Below the pieces are notes generated by a model, which made no database searches, had not been told where the DNA came from, and saw only the letters and a list, made by a program, of their open reading frames with translations. A stretch of DNA of 64,000 bases from an uncultured delta proteobacterium (GTDB taxonomy: Bacteria > Myxococcota > Myxococcia > Myxococcales > Myxococcaceae), in contig CAWCKH010000003.1 of assembly GCA_963796055.1 (NCBI GenBank), positions 64,001 to 128,000 on the forward strand, read 5' to 3'. The translations under genes and the position numbers were made by a program. Shown here in pieces: positions 58,984 through 64,000 of this stretch (positions are counted from its first letter, which is position 1; each line of letters opens with the position of its first letter).

Positions 58984-59805
58984 TCACCAGGGGGCAGGGC
59001 CGTCCCAGTCGATGACGCTGTCCAGGCCCCGCTGCAGCCCCACCGTCGTCCCCGTCTTGCGGATGGCGAGAAGCGCGCCGTCGACGTACGGCCGTGCAGA
59101 TGTGCCCGACTCGTGTCGGAGATGCAGCCGTTCGCCCGGGCGGCCGAAGACAACCTCCAGGCCGATGACGTACCCGGGCAGGCGAACCGAGTGGACCTGC
59201 ACCCCGGCGACCGACGCCCCGCGGGACTCGCGCGGTCCCTGCACGCGATCGAGCGGCACGGTGAGCTCCGCCGGGCGGACCGCGGCGAGCTGACGCGCGA
59301 GCTGGCGCGCGGTTCCCGAGGGCGCATCGGGCTTGTCGTCGCGCGCCGAGTCGATGATCTCGTAGTGCGGGAAGAAGCGGGCGGCGATCTGCGCCAGCCG
59401 CTGCAGGACGACGACCGTGAGCGCGAAGTTGCCCACCGCGAGCGCGCCCCGGCCCGCGGCGCGCCCCGCCCGATCGACTTCCTGGAAATCGTCCTCGGTC
59501 AGTCCGGACGTCCCGATGACCACGTGCGCCCCGGCCCCGAGCGCCGCGAGCACGTGGCCCTTCGCCACCTCGGGCCGGGTGTACTCGAAGAACACGTCAC
59601 AGGGGGTCCGGAGGGCCTCCCGGACCGAGCCGCTGACCGTGCACTCCAGACGCGGATCGCCCACCACCTCGCCGAGATGCTCCCCGGCGTGGGTCCTGGA
59701 CACCGCCCCGACCAGCTGCAGATCCGGTGAGGCCGCGATGCCGCGCGCGAGCTCCGATCCTGCCCAGCCGGTCGCGCCGGCCAGGATGACCTTCATCGTT
59801 CCCAT
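58984..59805 (-). CDS. dapB: 4-hydroxy-tetrahydrodipicolinate reductase
   Basis: AGATG, VIGTSG, GNFA, KPDAPSGTA, HSVRLPG, RHES; the usual E-x-H-H is replaced by IDSAR; start may be 59796. Confidence 0.88.
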   Translation of the reverse strand: MGTMKVILAGATGWAGSELARGIAASPDLQLVGAVSRTHAGEHLGEVVGDPRLECTVSGSVREALRTPCDVFFEYTRPEVAKGHVLAALGAGAHVVIGTSGLTEDDFQEVDRAGRAAGRGALAVGNFALTVVVLQRLAQIAARFFPHYEIIDSARDDKPDAPSGTARQLARQLAAVRPAELTVPLDRVQGPRESRGASVAGVQVHSVRLPGYVIGLEVVFGRPGERLHLRHESGTSARPYVDGALLAIRKTGTTVGLQRGLDSVIDWDGPAPW

Positions 59806-59880
59806 GCCGGCGGCGTAACAGCAGCAGCCCCCTGCGTCGACACACTGCGCGCGTCCGACCGGCCACAGACGGCGGGGCGT

Positions 59881-61413
59881 TCACGGACCTGCGTCGGTGC
59901 CCGCATCCGCTCCGCCGCCCGTGCCCCCGTCCGTCCCTTCGGGCCCGAGGGGCTGCAGCCAGATGTTCCGGTAGCGAACCTTGTTCCAGTGGTCCTGCAG
60001 CCGGATCGGTCCGGGACCAGGCGCCTCGGGGTCCCCCAGCCGGGTGCTCCCGGGCACCTCGGTGTCCTGCTGCACCGTCGAGCCGTTCCACACCACCGTC
60101 ATGCGGACCGGCGCCGCCTTGGTACCCCCGTCCCACGCCGGCGCACGGAACACCACGTCGTAGCTCTGCCAGATGCCCGGCGGGAATGCCTCGTTCACCG
60201 CCGGGGGTTGCACCCCGTAGATGGCGCCGCAGTCGACCGGTCCCGCGTCCCGACCGAATGAATCGAGGATCTGCACCTCGTAGCGGCCCTGGAGATAGAC
60301 ACCGCTGTTCCCCCGATCCTCCACCGCCTCGCTCGTGGGCGTGGGCGGCACCTGGAACTCGAGGTGCAGCCGGACGTCGCCAAACGTCTGGCGCGTCCGG
60401 AGATCTCCCGTGCCGGGCACCACCTCGAGCGCGCCGTCGACGAGCTGCCATCCCGGCGTCCCCCCGTCCGGGCCCTGCCAGGCGTCGACGCTGGAGCCGT
60501 CGAACAGCACCACCCCCCCGTCGGGCGGGGGGAGATAGGCCAGCGGCCGCACCTCGAATGAGCGATAGAACGTCTCCGCGCCCTCGGCCTGCAGCGCGAG
60601 ATGACCATGGCTCAGCGGTTCCCAGCCGCCGTCCCCGTCATTGACCACGATGTCCGTCGCGCCGTTCAGCCACTGCCCGTTGACGATCTGCGCCGACTGC
60701 TGACCCGACGCGATGAGCTCGATCGTGTTCCACTCGGTGAGCGACTCGGCCTCCCACCACTTGATGACCCGGCCACTGCGCAGGTTGTAGCTCTCCCCGA
60801 GCGAGTTGAAGCTGGGCTCGGCGGCCGAAGGATCGGCCACCGGTACCGTGACCGCGGTGCCCGAGAGGACCCAGAGGTCCCCCGTGTTGTGCTCCATGAT
60901 CTGGAACTCGATGCACTGCGGCCAGATCTGGTCCCCGCCGCGCAGGTGGTAGAGCAGCCCGCTGTCTCGCGGCTGGTCCTTGCGCGGGGCGAAGGTGTTC
61001 GTCCCCCACTTCTGCTCCACACGGGCGCGGAGGTTCCCGACGTCGGCCCACGTCGCCAGGTACCCGAAGTCCTGTTCCTGGTCGGTGGCCGGAATGCCGA
61101 GGATGTGCAACGTGTCGCCCTCCATCCGGAACACACCCTGGGGATCGCTGTTGATCCCCTTCGACGGCATCCACCGGTAGAAGCGCGAAAGCGAGGCATC
61201 GAGCAGCGGTGTCCACGACGTCTCCCCCAGCGGCCCGATGGCTCCGAGGACTCCCGCGTCGGATCCTCCGTCCGGCTGCCCGGCGTCCGCGTCCGCGCCC
61301 GCGTCCGACGCGCTGCCCGAGTCGGACCGACCGTCCGGTCGGTCCGCACTCGCACCCCGACCGCACGCCACCGCCAGACAGGCGACACACGTCCACACCC
61401 GAGGCCCGCGCAT
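59881..61413 (-). CDS. Tandem DUF1080 (3-keto-disaccharide hydrolase-like) lipoprotein
   Basis: Lipobox LAVAC; two domains with DSG/NSGVY, EFQI/EVQILD, GHLALQAEG/GPIRLQDH..V.YRNI; DAG-rich linkers. Confidence 0.88.
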   Translation of the reverse strand: MRGPRVWTCVACLAVACGRGASADRPDGRSDSGSASDAGADADAGQPDGGSDAGVLGAIGPLGETSWTPLLDASLSRFYRWMPSKGINSDPQGVFRMEGDTLHILGIPATDQEQDFGYLATWADVGNLRARVEQKWGTNTFAPRKDQPRDSGLLYHLRGGDQIWPQCIEFQIMEHNTGDLWVLSGTAVTVPVADPSAAEPSFNSLGESYNLRSGRVIKWWEAESLTEWNTIELIASGQQSAQIVNGQWLNGATDIVVNDGDGGWEPLSHGHLALQAEGAETFYRSFEVRPLAYLPPPDGGVVLFDGSSVDAWQGPDGGTPGWQLVDGALEVVPGTGDLRTRQTFGDVRLHLEFQVPPTPTSEAVEDRGNSGVYLQGRYEVQILDSFGRDAGPVDCGAIYGVQPPAVNEAFPPGIWQSYDVVFRAPAWDGGTKAAPVRMTVVWNGSTVQQDTEVPGSTRLGDPEAPGPGPIRLQDHWNKVRYRNIWLQPLGPEGTDGGTGGGADAGTDAGP

Positions 61414-61536
61414 GTGCAGCTCGAGTTAAGTCGTCCACCGCGGGACGAGGAGTCCCACGCGCCGAATGTCGCCCAGGCGGTGCAACGCATCGCGCAATCA
61501 GCCCGCCATGCACCGTGCGACAGGATCGTCGTGAGA

Positions 61537-61566
61537 TTGACGGACCGGATCGCCGAGTCGTATAGC
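61537..61566 (+). promoter_or_regulatory. Putative sigma70 promoter of glutamate dehydrogenase
   Basis: TTGACG (61537-61542), 18-bp spacer, TATAGC (61561-61566); GAGGAG RBS before ATG 61599. Confidence 0.5.
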
Positions 61567-61598
61567 CGCCGCCGCACGCGAGGAGCCGACACCAGACC

Positions 61599-63149
61599 AT
61601 GGCCGAGCCACAGAACTTCATGCGGGCCCCGGACCCGACCCCCAAGCGCACGCTCTACACGGACGCGATGGAGATCTTCCATCGCGCGGCCGACACCATC
61701 GGCCTCGCGCCGCGGGTACGCCTGGAGCTCGAGGAGCCCGACTACGAGCACATCTTCTACGTGACCGCGAAGCTGAAGGACCGCCTCCGCCCGCTCTCCC
61801 CCGAGGCCGCCAGGGCCTTCGGCGACCTGCCCGTCACCCAGGTGCGCGACCCGAACGGGCTGGAGCGGTTGGCCGACGGGCAGATCCTCCTCAACGGCAA
61901 GGCGCTGCTCGGCTCGGACGTCGTCATCCGCCGCGGTCACCTCCGGCTGCCGGACGGCGGCCTGTATCAGCTCATCCCCGGTGAGTCACAGCGCTTCAAG
62001 GCCTACCGCGTGCAGCACAACCAGGCGCGCGGGCCGTACAAGGGCGGCATCCGCTACCACCGCGAGGTGTCGCTGGACCTGTTCAAGGCGCTCGCCGCGG
62101 AGATGACCTGGAAGACCGCCATCTCCGAGGTCCCGTTCGGCGGCGCCAAGGGCGGCATCCAGATCGACCCACGTCAGTACGGCCGGGAGGAGATCGAGGC
62201 CATCACCCTGCGCTTCATGTACAAGCTGAAGCGCCTCATCGGCCCCAACATCGACATCCCCGCGCCCGACGTGGGCACCAACGGAGAGATCATGGCGCTG
62301 ATGATGCGCCAGTACCTCGACGGCGAGCACGAGCGCCACGTGGGCCGGGCCATCGTCACCGGCAAGGACGTGCGCATTGGCGGCTCCGAGGGCCGGGTCA
62401 AGGCCACCGGCCAGGGCGTGGTCTACTGCATCGAGGACTTCTACGCCGACCGGGGCGAGACGCTGCGGGGCAAGACCTTCGCCGTGCAGGGCTTCGGCAA
62501 CGTGGGCAGCTACGCCGCGGAGATCCTGGCCGGCCTGGGCGGGCGGCTGCTGGCGGTCAACGACTACGACGGCACCATCTACAACCCCGACGGGATCGAC
62601 GTTCCGGCGCTGCTCGCCCACGTGCAGGACCCGAAGAACCTCAAGCGGAGCGTGGTCGGGTTCCCGGGCGCCCAGAAGATCGAGAAGAAGGACTTCTGGG
62701 AGGTGCCGGCCGAGGTCCTCATTCCGGCGGCGCTCGGTGGAGAGATCACCGCGGAGGTCGCCGAGACGCTGAAGTGCAAGCTGATCGCCGAGGGGGCCAA
62801 CGGCCCCACCACTCCCGAAGCGGACCGGGTGCTGCTCAAGCGCGGCATCGACCTCATCCCGGACATCATCGCCAACGCCGGCGGCGTGACGGTGAGCTAC
62901 TACGAGTGGATCCAGAACAAGCGGATGGAGTCGTGGACCGAGGCCGAGGTCAACGCCAAGCTCGAGCACGCGCTGAAGCGGAACTACCGCATCATCCGCG
63001 ACATCTCCCGGAACACGCCGCGGAAGACCGAGATGCACGACAGCCGGCCGTTCTGCGTGGGAAAGCAGGTCGAGCCCCGGCTGGCGGCGATGATCCTCGC
63101 CCTCAAGCGGATCGAGGCCCACTACATCATCGAGGGCTTCTCGCAGTAG
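61599..63149 (+). CDS. gdhA: Glu/Leu/Phe/Val dehydrogenase (glutamate dehydrogenase type) with N-terminal insertion
   Basis: YRVQHN.ARGPYKGGIRYH, MTWK, PFGGAKGG, DIPAPDVGT, QGFGNVG, EGANGPTT, NAGGVTVSY.EW.QN. Confidence 0.93.
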   Translation: MAEPQNFMRAPDPTPKRTLYTDAMEIFHRAADTIGLAPRVRLELEEPDYEHIFYVTAKLKDRLRPLSPEAARAFGDLPVTQVRDPNGLERLADGQILLNGKALLGSDVVIRRGHLRLPDGGLYQLIPGESQRFKAYRVQHNQARGPYKGGIRYHREVSLDLFKALAAEMTWKTAISEVPFGGAKGGIQIDPRQYGREEIEAITLRFMYKLKRLIGPNIDIPAPDVGTNGEIMALMMRQYLDGEHERHVGRAIVTGKDVRIGGSEGRVKATGQGVVYCIEDFYADRGETLRGKTFAVQGFGNVGSYAAEILAGLGGRLLAVNDYDGTIYNPDGIDVPALLAHVQDPKNLKRSVVGFPGAQKIEKKDFWEVPAEVLIPAALGGEITAEVAETLKCKLIAEGANGPTTPEADRVLLKRGIDLIPDIIANAGGVTVSYYEWIQNKRMESWTEAEVNAKLEHALKRNYRIIRDISRNTPRKTEMHDSRPFCVGKQVEPRLAAMILALKRIEAHYIIEGFSQ

Positions 63150-63156
63150 GCGAAGC

Positions 63157-63504
63157 TCAGTGCATCACCCGCTCGCGGTCCACCAGCAGCAGCGGGTGGT
63201 CCTCCCGGGTCTCGTAGGCGACGATCCGCAGCCCCATCCCCCGGGTGTGGCCCGGCTCCTCCGCGCCGCGCCCGTAGCTGAGCGCGACCTGATACCGGAC
63301 CTCGCAGAGGCAGGTCATCTCGGTGCCGTCCTCCCCGGTGAAGGTGACCCGGACCCGGCCGCCGAGCGGCATCGGCTCGCGTGTTTCCACGAAGAGTCCC
63401 GTCGCCGAGATGTTCCGGGCGATGCCGCGGGTGAGGCCGTCCGGCGTGCTGATGTAGACGGTGAAGACCTTGTCGAAGCGCAGGTGGCGGCGGCGATCGC
63501 CCAC
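63157..63504 (-). CDS. PilZ domain protein (115 aa)
   Basis: RRHLR (RxxxR) and NISATG motifs, GMGL; GTG at 63504 with AAGGAG RBS. Confidence 0.88.
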   Translation of the reverse strand: MGDRRRHLRFDKVFTVYISTPDGLTRGIARNISATGLFVETREPMPLGGRVRVTFTGEDGTEMTCLCEVRYQVALSYGRGAEEPGHTRGMGLRIVAYETREDHPLLLVDRERVMH

Positions 63505-63591
63505 GGGCGTGCTCCTTCTGGAAGGATGCGACACCCCGCAGGGTACGCAGTAGTCAGATGTAGTCAAAATATCTACCTCAGGAGGTTCGTC

Positions 63592-64000
63592 GTGTTCGCC
63601 AGGTCGGCAGTCGTGCTCCTCGCGGTGGTCCCGGCGGTCGCTCTGGCCGACGGGCGCTTCGAGGAGCTCCGCAAGGGCGCCCAGCCGTTCGACGGCGGGC
63701 TGGGCGAGTTCCTCGAGATGTACCTCGGGGACTGCGGCCAGGCCTCGAACACCGCCAACTGTCGCAATCGCTCCCGCGAGTTCCAGGCGCAGGCGAAAGG
63801 CAAGCGCTTCTACGCCCTCATCCGTGAGGACGAGGCCGGGATGGTGGGCATGTCCACCAGCACGCGTTCCGGCGGCGACTTCACCATCGAGGTGACGCCC
63901 TTCTTTCCGGGGGCCGAGCACGCGCTGACCGACGCCGTCCCGAAGAAGACCGACGCGCGCGGCAACCCCGTCCTGCCGGTGCTGATGATTCCCGGGAAGC
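63592..64000 (+). CDS. Secreted hypothetical protein (resembles myxobacterial DUF6066), truncated by the window edge
   Basis: GGAGG RBS, GTG, signal peptide ending ALA-D, GGLGEFLEMYLGDC..C..PKKTDARGNPVLP; family recalled from memory. Confidence 0.65.
   Translation, partial: MFARSAVVLLAVVPAVALADGRFEELRKGAQPFDGGLGEFLEMYLGDCGQASNTANCRNRSREFQAQAKGKRFYALIREDEAGMVGMSTSTRSGGDFTIEVTPFFPGAEHALTDAVPKKTDARGNPVLPVLMIPGK

Overview
High-GC (above 70% by inspection) bacterial chromosome segment. Gene content and the many lipoproteins suggest Myxococcota (inference). It is mostly densely packed housekeeping and envelope genes: ClpA/C-type ATPase, nadD, mutS2, rnr, moeA, ribA, an lpdA-lipA-E2-lipB lipoate cluster, thiO, thiC with a TPP riboswitch, tRNA-Thr(CGT), dapB, glutamate dehydrogenase and a PilZ protein. 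I saw no integrase, transposase, phage gene, cas gene or CRISPR array. Most notable: (1) an operon joining a Yip1/TolC/MFP/MacB-type exporter to a DUF692 (MNIO) enzyme with a fused partner-like domain and no visible precursor peptide; (2) directly downstream, 11 tandem copies of a spacer-less 79-bp unit that folds into a three-way junction, with substitutions compatible with G-U pairing; (3) a ~180-nt 6S-like rod RNA in an atypical context; (4) a zincin peptidase plus Ddl-like ATP-grasp gene pair; (5) a diverged duplicate of the lipB-NUDIX 3' end flanking an orphan ORF, resembling an integration scar; (6) unusual protein architectures (HARE-HTH plus pseudo-Mrr, a mini-ClpX inside the lipoate operon, an H1-like/duplicated-domain/I42 protein before rnr). 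Three genes carry single-base +1 frameshifts that may be assembly indels. All family calls come from motif recognition by eye; no database searches were run.
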